From the NCBI GenBank assembly GCA_041477795.1, contig JBGOUY010000002.1, positions 1 through 37,782 on the forward strand: a stretch of 37,782 bases of DNA. Direction: 5' to 3'. The translations under genes and the position numbers were made by a program. Source of the stretch: a bacterium (GTDB lineage: Bacteria > SAR324 > JACQKK01). Below, piece by piece: positions 11,491 through 20,032 of this stretch (its first letter is position 1; the number at the start of each line of letters is the position of its first letter). Under the pieces are notes generated by a model that was not told the origin of the DNA, searched no databases, and worked only from the letters and a program-made list of their open reading frames with translations.

Positions 11491-11865
11491 ATGGACAAGA
11501 CGTTCACCTACGATGAAGCGAGCGCCCTGCTGGAGGATGTGCGCACCCTGACGACCGCCGCCCATGAGCGCCTACAGGCGTTGCGGGCCCAGGCGGAGGG
11601 CGCCACGCCCGGCTCGCAGCGGGCCAAGAAGCTGAGCGAGTGGATCAACAACGTGATCCACCAGTGGGCCGAGGACATCATGGCCCTGGGCGCCCTGCCC
11701 AAGGGCCTGTGGACGGTCGACTTCGACTCAGGCCAGGGCTACTACTTCTGCTGGACGCTCAACGAGGCGCGCCTGGCCTTCTACCACAACTACGAGCAGG
11801 GGTTCATGGGCCGCAAGCCCCTCAGCGAGCTGCCGGACGTCGGCCCGCCCGTGCTGCTCAACTGA
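11491..11865 (+). CDS. DUF2203-family protein (124 aa)
   Basis: The pattern FTYDEASALLEDV...GLWTVDFDSGQGYYFCWTLNEARLAFYHNYEQGFMGRKPL matches my recollection of DUF2203 (FT.eEA..LLP ... GLVDF ... LCW..gE..i..WH....GF.GR.p). Confidence 0.65.
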   Translation: MDKTFTYDEASALLEDVRTLTTAAHERLQALRAQAEGATPGSQRAKKLSEWINNVIHQWAEDIMALGALPKGLWTVDFDSGQGYYFCWTLNEARLAFYHNYEQGFMGRKPLSELPDVGPPVLLN

Positions 11866-11989
11866 CCGCGCCCCACTCCCCGCTCCCGCCCATGCCCGCC
11901 AGCCGCGCGCAGCAATGCGCCGCGCTGCCGCTCGTGCTGGCCTGTGCTGCCGGATCGGCAGGTCTGGCGGAGGAGATGCGGGCGGGCGG

Positions 11990-12568
11990 TCAGGCCCGGC
12001 ACGACGTGTTGCAGAAGTACGGCGTCTTCTGGAGCCCCAGCTGCTTCATCACCTTGTCCCAGCGATCGTCGCAGGTGTGCTGCAGGATCGAGAGCGGATC
12101 CAGGTCGGCCAGCCACCAGGCCTCCTGCTCGATCTCATTGTCGAGCTGGCCGGGGCCCCAGCCCGCATAGCCCACCCCGAGCAGGTAGTCGGTCGGGGCC
12201 ACGCCCTCGGTGATGCTGGTGAGCACCTCCTGCGCCGCGCTGAGGGCCAGGTTGCTGCCCAGCGCCGTGGTGGAGCGCCCCTCGTAGTCGGTCGTGTGCA
12301 CCACCCAGCACAGCTCGGGCTGCACGGGGCCACCGATCATGATGGGCTTGTTCTGCACGGGGTGCCCGTTCAGCCCCAGCTCGCACAGCAGATCGTCCAC
12401 CGAGGTGGTGGAGGGCGAATTGATGACGAATCCCATTGCGCCGGAGGCGTTGTACTCGCAGAGCAGGATCACGCTCTTGTCGAAGTAGCCGTCCTTCAGG
12501 GACGGCATCGCCACCAGGATCTGCGGCTTCTGCTTGGCTTCGATGATCTGGATCGCGGGTTCAGCCAT
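11990..12568 (-). CDS. YqgE/AlgH family (UPF0301) protein, 192 aa
   Basis: LVAMPSLKDGYFDKSVILLCEYNASGAMGFVIN...GGPVQPE...GYAGWGPGQLDNEIEQEAW is a typical AlgH/YqgE signature. Confidence 0.85.
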   Translation of the reverse strand: MAEPAIQIIEAKQKPQILVAMPSLKDGYFDKSVILLCEYNASGAMGFVINSPSTTSVDDLLCELGLNGHPVQNKPIMIGGPVQPELCWVVHTTDYEGRSTTALGSNLALSAAQEVLTSITEGVAPTDYLLGVGYAGWGPGQLDNEIEQEAWWLADLDPLSILQHTCDDRWDKVMKQLGLQKTPYFCNTSCRA

Positions 12569-12760
12569 GTTGCATCATCCGCTGCGGCGCAACGCACCCC
12601 GCTTCTGGCGTCTGGCACGCCGGGGCGACTTGCAGCGGTGCTGTCCTCGTGGAAGGCATCGGCGACGGTCACGTCTTGCTGGCCCAACGTCGACTCCCCA
12701 GGGTCGCTGCGGGCGCGGTATCCATCCCTGCAAACCGCCGTCCAGCTTGCCTTGATGCTA

Positions 12761-14020
12761 TCATCGGGCCGGGATGTCAGCAAGTCCCAGGCAGCGCGGC
12801 AGGCGGATCGAGCCATCGGCCTGCTGCCCGTTTTCCAGCAGCGCGATCAGGGTGCGCGACGCGGCGATGGCGGTGCCGTTGAGCATGTGCACGTGCTGGG
12901 TGCCCTTCTGCCCCTTCTCCTTGAAGCGGATGTTGAGCCGGCGCGCCTGGTAGTCGGTGCAGTTGGAGGTGGAGGTGACCTCGCCCCAGGCGCCGCGGCC
13001 GGGCATCCACGCCTCCAGGTCGTACTTGCGGTAGGCCGGCGCGCCCAGATCGCCCGTGCAGATGTCCATCACGCGATAGGGGATGCCCAGCTCGCGGTAG
13101 ATGCGCTCCTCCACGGCCAGGATGCGCTCGTGCATGGCCTCCGATTCCTCCGGCCGCGTGAAGGCGAACATCTCCACCTTGGTGAACTGGTGCACGCGGT
13201 ACAGGCCGCGCGACTCGCGCCCGGCCGAGCCGGCCTCGGTGCGGAAGCAGTGCGAGATGCCCGCATACAGCAGCGGCAGCCGCTCGGCCTCCAGCACCTC
13301 GTCGGCCAGCAGCCCGCCCAGCGTGATCTCCGCGGTGGCGATCAGGCAAAGCTCGGAGTTCTCGATGCTGTAGATCTGCGTCGACTCCCCGCGCGGGTTG
13401 AAGCCGATGCCGGCCAGGATCTCCCGCCGCGCCAGGTCGGGCGTGGTGAAGAGCGTGAAGCCCTCCTCCTGCACCAGCCGCGCCGCGTAGGTGAGCAGGG
13501 CCAGCTCCAGCAGCACGGCCTGGTTCTTCAGGTAGTAGAACTTCTGCCCGGCCACCTTGGCCCCGCCCTCGAAGTCCACCAGCTCCAGCGCTTCCATGAG
13601 CTGGACGTGATCCTTGGGCGCAAAGTCCAGCCGCGGCGGCTCGCCCGAGCGGCGCAGCTCCCGGTTCTCCGCGTCGTCGCGGCCGATGGGGGCGGCGGGG
13701 TGCGAGAAGTTGGGCACTTGCAGCTGCAGCTCGTGCCGGCGCTCCTCGGCGCGGCGGTGGCGCTCGTCCAGCTCCCCCTCGCGCACCTTGAGCGCCCGGC
13801 CCTCCTCCACCAGCGGCGCGCGCTCCTCGGCGGGCAGGCCGCCCTTCATGCGCTGGCTGATCTCGTTGCGCCGCTGGCGCACCGCCTCCAGCTCGGCGCG
13901 GGCCGCGCGCGCCTCCTGGTCCGCCGCCAGCAGCGCCGCCACGTCCAACGTCAGGTTGCGGTTGCGCACGTTGGCGATCACCTCCTCGGCGCGCTCGCGA
14001 ATGACCCGCATGTCCAGCAT
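12761..14020 (-). CDS. serS: Seryl-tRNA synthetase (419 aa)
   Basis: The N-terminus MLDMRVIRE is followed by a coiled-coil arm. Class II aaRS motifs are present: FRTEAGSAGRESRGLYRVHQFTKVEMF, TSNCTDYQARRLNIRF, HMLNGTAIA. Confidence 0.95.
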   Translation of the reverse strand: MLDMRVIRERAEEVIANVRNRNLTLDVAALLAADQEARAARAELEAVRQRRNEISQRMKGGLPAEERAPLVEEGRALKVREGELDERHRRAEERRHELQLQVPNFSHPAAPIGRDDAENRELRRSGEPPRLDFAPKDHVQLMEALELVDFEGGAKVAGQKFYYLKNQAVLLELALLTYAARLVQEEGFTLFTTPDLARREILAGIGFNPRGESTQIYSIENSELCLIATAEITLGGLLADEVLEAERLPLLYAGISHCFRTEAGSAGRESRGLYRVHQFTKVEMFAFTRPEESEAMHERILAVEERIYRELGIPYRVMDICTGDLGAPAYRKYDLEAWMPGRGAWGEVTSTSNCTDYQARRLNIRFKEKGQKGTQHVHMLNGTAIAASRTLIALLENGQQADGSIRLPRCLGLADIPAR

Positions 14021-14542
14021 CGTCGTCCGGCCTCGCTTGGGGCTGTGGTTGGGGGTGGGGCACCCTGCGGCAACCCGGTGCGGCGACCCGGGGCGGCCCT
14101 GGGCACCGGGGGGCTCCCGCCTGTGCTCCGGTGTAGCAACTCACCCCGGCGACGGCAACGGCGACCCGCGCCCGCGGCTGCGGGGCTGACCGCGACGCGA
14201 CGCCTCACCCCCGCCCCGGCGGGGCCTCATCCCCTCGACTGCGCTCGGGACAGGCTCCGGCACGCCCCTGGCGGGGCGTGCCACCTGTCTCCATTGCATG
14301 GAGAGAGGAACGGCAACGGCGACCCCGCCCCGGCCCGCTTGCGCGGGCCCGCCCCTCTCCCGGTACCATCGGTTCGCCCCGCGAGCGGGGCTCACGGCGG
14401 AGAAGGACGCAAAGCCGTGCTCGGAGCCGTTCCCCTCCTTCTCCATGGAATGGAGAAGGAGGCCGGGAGGATGAGGCTCGCGGCGAGGGCCCCTACAGCG
14501 CTCCCGACTGGAGCGGGGAGAGGTCCCGCGCCGGCGTGGGGT
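14021..14542. repeat. GC-rich intergenic repeat and hairpin region
   Basis: A 16-bp perfect direct repeat ACGGCAACGGCGACCC occurs at 14152 and 14310. Two hairpins share the core TCTCCAT-N3-ATGGAGA, at 14288..14304 and at 14434..14462 (13-bp perfect stem). Further hairpins include CACGCCCC/GGGGCGTG at 14261..14280. Confidence 0.6.
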
Positions 14543-15412
14543 CTACGACGGAAAGCCGTACAGCGCGGCGGGATTGTCGACGAGGATGCGCCGGCGCTGG
14601 GCGGCGTTCGGGGCCCAATCCGCAAGCAGGTCGGCCAGGTCGCCGTCGTTGGGCATGGGGCGGTCGTAGACCGACGGGTGCGGCCAGTCCGAGCCCCACA
14701 CGCAGCGCTCCGGCGCCGCCTCGATGAGCGCGCGGGCGTAGGGCACCACGTCGGCAAAGGGCGCGCGCGGCTCGCGCGAGAGGCGGTAGGCACCGGAGAG
14801 CTTGACCCAGGCGTTGCCCCCGCGCAGCAGGCGCAGCAGGGCCTGGAAGCCCGCATGGGTCAGCCCCAGCTCCGCGCTGACGTGGCCCATGTGGTCGATC
14901 ACGACAGGCACCGGCAGGCGGGCCAGCTCCGGCTCGAGTCGCGCCAGCGCGTCCGCCGTGGCGAAGACCTGGAGGTGCCAGCCCAGCGGGGCCATGCGCG
15001 CAGCCACGCGTGCCAGGCCCTCCAGCGCCACGCCGCCCTTGCTGACCAGATTGAAGCGCACGCCGCGCACCCCGGCGGCGTGCAGGCGTTCCAGCTCGGC
15101 GGCGGGGACGTCCGGCTCCAGCACGGCCACCATGCGGAAGTCCGCGCCGGCCTCGGCCAGGGCGTCCATGTGCGCGCGGTTGTCCGTGCCGTAGACCGAC
15201 GGCTGCACCAGCACCGCGCGCGTGCAGCCGATCGTGGCCAGCATGCGGCGGTAGTCCGCCAGCAGGCAGTCCGGCGGCGTGTAGCCGCGCCGGGGCGACC
15301 ACGGGTAGCGCGCCGCCGGGCCGAAGATGTGGGCGTGGCAGTCCGTCGCGCCGGGCGGGAAGGCCACGCGCGGCCGGCGCGGCTGGAAGTCCGGCGGTGG
15401 ACAGGGCTGCAT
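14543..15412 (-). CDS. Amidohydrolase-2 family (LigI / 2-pyrone-4,6-dicarboxylate hydrolase-like), 289 aa
   Basis: ATDCHAHIFGP near the N-terminus, then VIDHMGH, WVKLSGAYR, CVWGSDWPHP. The start is taken at MQPCPPP because the longer ORF would overlap the neighbouring membrane-protein gene. No clear SD is present. Confidence 0.8.
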   Translation of the reverse strand: MQPCPPPDFQPRRPRVAFPPGATDCHAHIFGPAARYPWSPRRGYTPPDCLLADYRRMLATIGCTRAVLVQPSVYGTDNRAHMDALAEAGADFRMVAVLEPDVPAAELERLHAAGVRGVRFNLVSKGGVALEGLARVAARMAPLGWHLQVFATADALARLEPELARLPVPVVIDHMGHVSAELGLTHAGFQALLRLLRGGNAWVKLSGAYRLSREPRAPFADVVPYARALIEAAPERCVWGSDWPHPSVYDRPMPNDGDLADLLADWAPNAAQRRRILVDNPAALYGFPS

Positions 15413-15470
15413 GGGCGAGCCAGGGGAGAGGGTGCGCGACGGCGCTGTGACGGCACGGTGCCGCGCCGGC

Positions 15471-15857
15471 TTAGCTGCGGTCCTGCGCCAGGTCCGCGTG
15501 GCCTCGCCCCAGGTGGCGCGGCAGAGCGGCAACGAGCACGAGGCCCACGGCCAGATCGAACGCACCCGAGGCGGCCAGCCCGAGGCCGAGAGCCTGGGTG
15601 AAGCTGAACGTAAATTCCGTCACGCCCAGCACGGCCAGCGTCCAGCCCGCCCAGTAGACAATGGCGCCTCGCGCTGACAGGTCGCGGGCGCCCAGCACCA
15701 GGGCTATGCCCAGGAACATCGACAGCAACCCCAGCGCCTCGGTCCAGAAAACGCTAGCGGGGGTGCGGACATAGAAGGCATTCAGCAGGCGCGGGAAAAA
15801 GAGCAGGATCCCGCCAGCGATGTAGATCCAGCCCACCCAGAACACGAAGCCTTTCAT
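15471..15857 (-). CDS. Small integral membrane protein, about 4 TM segments, family not recognised (128 aa)
   Basis: A strong SD (AGGAGGGAG) lies upstream of the ATG at 15857. The protein has four hydrophobic segments and a composition unlike shadow ORFs. Confidence 0.65.
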   Translation of the reverse strand: MKGFVFWVGWIYIAGGILLFFPRLLNAFYVRTPASVFWTEALGLLSMFLGIALVLGARDLSARGAIVYWAGWTLAVLGVTEFTFSFTQALGLGLAASGAFDLAVGLVLVAALPRHLGRGHADLAQDRS

Positions 15858-16198
15858 CGCTCCCTCCTGGCCAAGGCCCGGTGCAGCCCATCACGGCGCT
15901 GCCCGGCCCGGCCTGTTGCCGTTGCACGGCGGACACGAGTCGGATCGCCCCCCCCAGCCGACTGTTACCACGAGGATGGAACGCATAGCCACCGAACGCC
16001 GCCGCACGGGCGCGGTTGGCAAGGGCCACGTACACGCGGGCGGGCGTGGGTGCGGGCGGGGCTGCCGCCTCCGCCGTTGCGGCGTCCCGCGCCGTGTGCC
16101 AGGGTAAGCGACACGTCCGGCCCTCCGCCGCCCGGCCGCACGCCATGCGGCCGCCCGCGCGGCGCCGCTCCCGCAACCCCTTCCGCGCTGGATCCTGA

Positions 16199-17287
16199 AT
16201 GGCAGCAACCCTGAAAAGGAACGTCCTCATCCTCAATGGCGACGGCATCGGCCCCGAAGTGACCCGCCAGGGCGCCAAGGTGCTGCGCGTGATGGCCGCC
16301 AAGGCCGGCATCGCGCTCAAGCTGGAGGAGGGCCTGATCGGCGCCGCCGCGCTGGAGGCCACCGGCAAGCCGCTGCCCGAGGAGACCTTCGCCAAGGCCA
16401 AGGCCAGCGACGCGATCCTCTTCGGCGCCGTGGGCGACCCGCGCTACGACAAGGCCGGCTCCACCGAGCGCCCCGGGCGCGGCCTGCTCACCCTGCGCAA
16501 GGAACTGCAGCTCTACGCGAACCTGCGGCCGGTCAAGGTCTTCGCCGCCACCATCGACGCCTCGCCGCTCAAGCGCGAGCGCATCGAGGGCGTGGACCTG
16601 ATGATCGTGCGCGAGCTGACCGGCGACATCTACTTCGGCGAGCCGCGCGGGCGGCGCGAGGAGGCGGGCCAGAAGTTCGCCATCAACACGATGATCTACA
16701 CCGACAAGGAGATCGAGCGCATCGTGCGCTTCTCCTTCGAGCTGGCCCGCAAGCGCCGCCGCAAGCTGACCTCCGTGGACAAGGGCAACGTGCTGGAGGT
16801 GAGCGCGTTCTGGCGCGAGATCGCCGGGCAGGTGGCCCAGGACTTCAAGGACGTCGCCTTCAACTCGCTCTACGTGGACAACGCGGCGAATCAGATCATC
16901 CGCGACCCGCGCCAGTTCGACACGATGGTGACGGGCAACCTGTTCGGCGACATCCTCAGCGACGCCGCCGCGAACCTGGCCGGCTCGCTGGGCATGCTGC
17001 CCTCGGCCAGCCTGGGCCCGCGCAACGCGCTCTACGAGCCCTGCCACGGCTCCGCGCCGGACATCGCCGGGCGCGACAGCGCCAACCCGGTGGCCTCCAT
17101 CCTCTCGGTGGGCATGCTGTTCCGCCACACCTTCGGCCGGCCGGACGCCGACGCGGCCATCGAGCGCTCCGTGGAAGCGGTGCTGGAGGAGGTGCGCACG
17201 GCGGACATCATGGCTCCCGGCAAGCGCCAGGTGGGCTGCACCGAGATGGGCGACCGCATCGCCGCGCACCTGGAAGCGGCGGCGTAG
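16199..17287 (+). CDS. leuB: 3-isopropylmalate dehydrogenase family (isocitrate/isopropylmalate DH superfamily), 362 aa
   Basis: LNGDGIGPEV, LLTLRKELQLYANLRP, IVRELTGDIYFGEP, NLFGDILSDAAANLAGSLGMLPSASL, EPCHGSAPDIAG. No leuC or leuD is present in the window, so tartrate or D-malate DH specificity cannot be excluded. Confidence 0.8.
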   Translation: MAATLKRNVLILNGDGIGPEVTRQGAKVLRVMAAKAGIALKLEEGLIGAAALEATGKPLPEETFAKAKASDAILFGAVGDPRYDKAGSTERPGRGLLTLRKELQLYANLRPVKVFAATIDASPLKRERIEGVDLMIVRELTGDIYFGEPRGRREEAGQKFAINTMIYTDKEIERIVRFSFELARKRRRKLTSVDKGNVLEVSAFWREIAGQVAQDFKDVAFNSLYVDNAANQIIRDPRQFDTMVTGNLFGDILSDAAANLAGSLGMLPSASLGPRNALYEPCHGSAPDIAGRDSANPVASILSVGMLFRHTFGRPDADAAIERSVEAVLEEVRTADIMAPGKRQVGCTEMGDRIAAHLEAAA

Positions 17288-17552
17288 CAGCCGTCTCGGC
17301 AGGGCCGCTTGCAGCGCTCTCAAGAAATAGCTTCCTGCCGCAGCTCCGAGACGCTCGCGTCGCTCGCTCCTCAGGACCACGGCAGGAAGCCCGAGTTCCT
17401 GAGGAGGGCTCCGCAGGAGCCCGTCTCGAAGGGCCGGGCTTCCCGCGCGTCTTATATTCTTGAGACCGCGTTATAGCGGCCGCCTGCGGGGGCCGCCTGC
17501 GGGGGTCGACGCGCCTTGCCAGCACCGGCCGGCTGGTCTATACACGGATCGA
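17288..17552. repeat. Composite intergenic repeat element
   Basis: Outer imperfect inverted repeat CTCAAGAAATA (17319) / TATATTCTTGAG (17453). Inner 11-bp perfect inverted repeat GCTTCCTGCCG (17330) / CGGCAGGAAGC (17380). Direct repeat CCGTCTCGxAxGGGCCG at 17291 and 17421. Perfect 13-bp tandem duplication GGCCGCCTGCGGG x2 at 17478..17503. Confidence 0.6.
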
Positions 17553-18311
17553 GTGCCCGCACCCCGCCGCCCGACCCGCCACGGCCTGCCTGGAGTCCGT
17601 CCCATCGCCGCGACCCGACCGGAGAATCGCCGCCAGGCCCTGCTGGAGGCCGCCGCGCGCCGCTTTCTGCAACGGGGCTATGCCGCCGCCTCCCTGCGCG
17701 AGATCGCCGCGGACGTGGGCATGCAGGTCGGCTCGATCTACTACCACTTCCCCTCCAAGGCCGAGCTGCGCGCGGCGGTGCACGAGGAGGGGCTGCGCCG
17801 CATCCGCGCGGCCGTGACGGCCGCGCTGGCCGTGCCCGGCACGCCCTGGGAGCGGCTCGAAGCGGCCTGCGTGGCGCACCTGCGCGTGCTGCTGGAAGGC
17901 GGGCACTTCTTCCAGGCGGTGATGCGGGAGATGCCGCGCTCCCACGAGCCGGGCTGGCAGCGCCTCATCGCCGCGCGGGACGCCTACGAGGCGATCTTCG
18001 CCGGCTTGCTGGACGAGCTGGCGCTGCCGCCGCAGGTGGAGCGGCACGAGCTGCGCCTGCTGCTGCTGGGCGCGCTGAACTGGACGCACACCTGGTACCG
18101 CCCCGGCGGGCAAGGGCCGGCGGGCATCGCCCGGCACTTCCTGCAGGTGCTGCGCCGGGGGCTGGAGTCGCCGGCGGGCTGGGCTGGCGGCGACGCCGTG
18201 CAGGGCCCAGTGCAGGGCACCGTGCAGGGCCCAGTGCAGAGCGCCGCGGAAGGCACTGTGCGCCGCGCCCGCGGCCTGGCCCGCCCGGCCGCGCGGAGGG
18301 CCCGCCATTGA
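17553..18311 (+). CDS. TetR/AcrR-family transcriptional regulator (about 252 aa)
   Basis: HTH region RRQALLEAAARRFLQRGYAAASLREIAADVGMQVGSIYYHFPSKAEL. There is no in-frame ATG before the HTH, so GTG 17553 is chosen. The first possible start, TTG 17460, lies inside the repeat element. The start is uncertain. Confidence 0.75.
   Translation: MPAPRRPTRHGLPGVRPIAATRPENRRQALLEAAARRFLQRGYAAASLREIAADVGMQVGSIYYHFPSKAELRAAVHEEGLRRIRAAVTAALAVPGTPWERLEAACVAHLRVLLEGGHFFQAVMREMPRSHEPGWQRLIAARDAYEAIFAGLLDELALPPQVERHELRLLLLGALNWTHTWYRPGGQGPAGIARHFLQVLRRGLESPAGWAGGDAVQGPVQGTVQGPVQSAAEGTVRRARGLARPAARRARH
18198..18245 (+). repeat. In-frame 12-nt tandem repeat x4 inside the TetR C-terminus
   Basis: GTGCAGGGCCCA GTGCAGGGCACC GTGCAGGGCCCA GTGCAGAGCGCC, encoding VQGP VQGT VQGP VQSA. 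Confidence 0.9.
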
Positions 18312-18418
18312 CAGCGCGGCTGACACCACGGCTGACCTCACCGCCGGCGCCGCGGCGCCCGCGGCGGGCCCCCTGGCGAGCGTTGACGCCCCCGTGCTGA
18401 ACGACCGCTGATCCGCCC

Positions 18419-19414
18419 ATGACGCCACCCAAGACGCCGCCCAGCGCCCGCCTCGGCCCCGAGCATCCGCAGTGGATCGCCCGCCTGCGCGCCGGCGACC
18501 GGGCCACCCTCGCCCGCGCCATCACCCTCATCGAGAACGAGGCGCCGGGCGCCCAGGCCGTGCTGCGCGCCATCTTCCCCCACACCGGGCGGGCGCAGGT
18601 GGTCGGCTTCACCGGCGCGCCGGGCGTGGGCAAGTCCACCCTCGTCAATGCCTACATCGGCGAGCTGCGCCGGCGCGGGCGTAGCGTGGGCGTGATCGCC
18701 GTCGACCCCTCCAGCCCCCTCAGCGGCGGCGCCATCCTCGGTGACCGCATCCGCATGTCCGAGCACGGCGGGGACGCCGGCGTCTTCGTGCGCTCGCTCG
18801 CCGCACGGGGTCACCTGGGCGGGCTGACCCGCATGACCGCGCGCGTCGTGGACGTGATGGACGCCGCCGGGCGGGACGTGGTGATCCTGGAGACCGTGGG
18901 CACGGGGCAGTCGGAGGTGGAGGTGGCCGAGATCGCCCACACCAAGGTCGTCATCGGCGCGCCCGGGCTGGGCGACGAGATCCAGGCCGTCAAGGCGGGC
19001 GTGCTGGAGATCGCGGACGTGCTCGTCGTTAACAAGGGCGATCATCCCCTGGTCGAGGAGACGATGCGCCTGCTGCGCGACGCGCTGCACATGTCCCGCC
19101 CCAAGCCGTGGGCCGTGCCCGTGCTGCGCACGGTGGCCACCACGGGCGAGGGCATCGCGGAACTGGCGGACGCGATCGACGCCCACGCGGCCCAGCTCGA
19201 CCCGGCCGAGCGGCGGACGGCTCCGCGCCTGCGCATGCGGCGCCTGCTGGCCGCCACGGCCGCGCGGCAGGCCCGGCGCCGCATCGAGGCGCTGCACGGG
19301 CCGGCCTTCGATGCGCTCTGCGATGCGGTGCTGCGGGGCGAGCTGGACTTCGAGGAGGCCGCCCGGCAGGCGCTCACGGCAGCTCCGGACGGCCCGCCCG
19401 AGCCGCAGCCATGA
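18419..19414 (+). CDS. meaB: Methylmalonyl-CoA-mutase-associated G-protein chaperone MeaB/ArgK family (331 aa)
   Basis: LARAITLIEN, P-loop GAPGVGKST, VIAVDPSSPLSGGAILGDRIRM, ILETVGTGQSE, VVNKGD. Confidence 0.9.
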   Translation: MTPPKTPPSARLGPEHPQWIARLRAGDRATLARAITLIENEAPGAQAVLRAIFPHTGRAQVVGFTGAPGVGKSTLVNAYIGELRRRGRSVGVIAVDPSSPLSGGAILGDRIRMSEHGGDAGVFVRSLAARGHLGGLTRMTARVVDVMDAAGRDVVILETVGTGQSEVEVAEIAHTKVVIGAPGLGDEIQAVKAGVLEIADVLVVNKGDHPLVEETMRLLRDALHMSRPKPWAVPVLRTVATTGEGIAELADAIDAHAAQLDPAERRTAPRLRMRRLLAATAARQARRRIEALHGPAFDALCDAVLRGELDFEEAARQALTAAPDGPPEPQP

Positions 19415-20031
19415 GCGCCCGCAGGACTGTCCGCCCGCACCGCGCCAAGCGCCCGGCGAGCGCTCCAGCCGCCGGCACCCGCGCGCAGCGGCTGGCAGAG
19501 CTGGCCCCGCGCGATGCCTGGGCGCGGCAGATGGGCGCCCGGCTGGTCGCGGGCGGGCGCGGCGGAGCCGGGTCCGTCACGCTGCGCCTGCGCGTCACGG
19601 AGGCCCACACGAACTTCTACGGCTTCTGCCACGGCGGCGTGATCTTCACCCTGGCCGACTCCGCCTTCGGGCTGGCCTGCAACGCCGCGGGGGCGGTCAC
19701 CGTGGCCCTGGACGCCCACATCGCCTTCACCCGGGCCGTGCGTGCGGGCGAGGAGCTGATCGCCACGGCCCGCGAGCTGGCCCGCACGCGCCGCACGGGC
19801 AGCTACCGCGTCGAGGTGCGCACGGGGGACGGCCAGCGCGTCGCGCACTTCCTCGGCACGGCCTACGTGCCTGGCGAGGCCGGCGCGACCGGCGCTGCCG
19901 CCCCGGCCGGCCCGGCAGCGCCCGCCGCGCCGCGCCCGCCGCGCCAGGGGCGCTCGCCGCGAGCCCCGCGCACGCCACGCATGCCTCGCACGCCGCGCAA
20001 GGTTCGCAGCCGGCCCGCAGCGGAGCGCTGA
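19411..20031 (+). CDS. PaaI/hotdog-fold acyl-CoA thioesterase with Arg/Pro-rich N- and C-terminal extensions (206 aa)
   Basis: The ATG overlaps the meaB stop (ATGA). The core NFYGFCHGGVIFTLADSAFGLACNA...TGSYRVEV is typical of PaaI-type thioesterases. The tail ...PRPPRQGRSPRAPRTPRMPRTPRKVRSRPAAER is low complexity. Confidence 0.72.
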   Translation: MSARRTVRPHRAKRPASAPAAGTRAQRLAELAPRDAWARQMGARLVAGGRGGAGSVTLRLRVTEAHTNFYGFCHGGVIFTLADSAFGLACNAAGAVTVALDAHIAFTRAVRAGEELIATARELARTRRTGSYRVEVRTGDGQRVAHFLGTAYVPGEAGATGAAAPAGPAAPAAPRPPRQGRSPRAPRTPRMPRTPRKVRSRPAAER

Positions 20032-20032
20032 G

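Noticed and set aside
11915-15601. A 1228-aa plus-strand ORF overlaps algH, serS and the amidohydrolase gene.
   Set aside because: This is the same shadow-ORF pattern. serS and algH on the minus strand have unambiguous family signatures.
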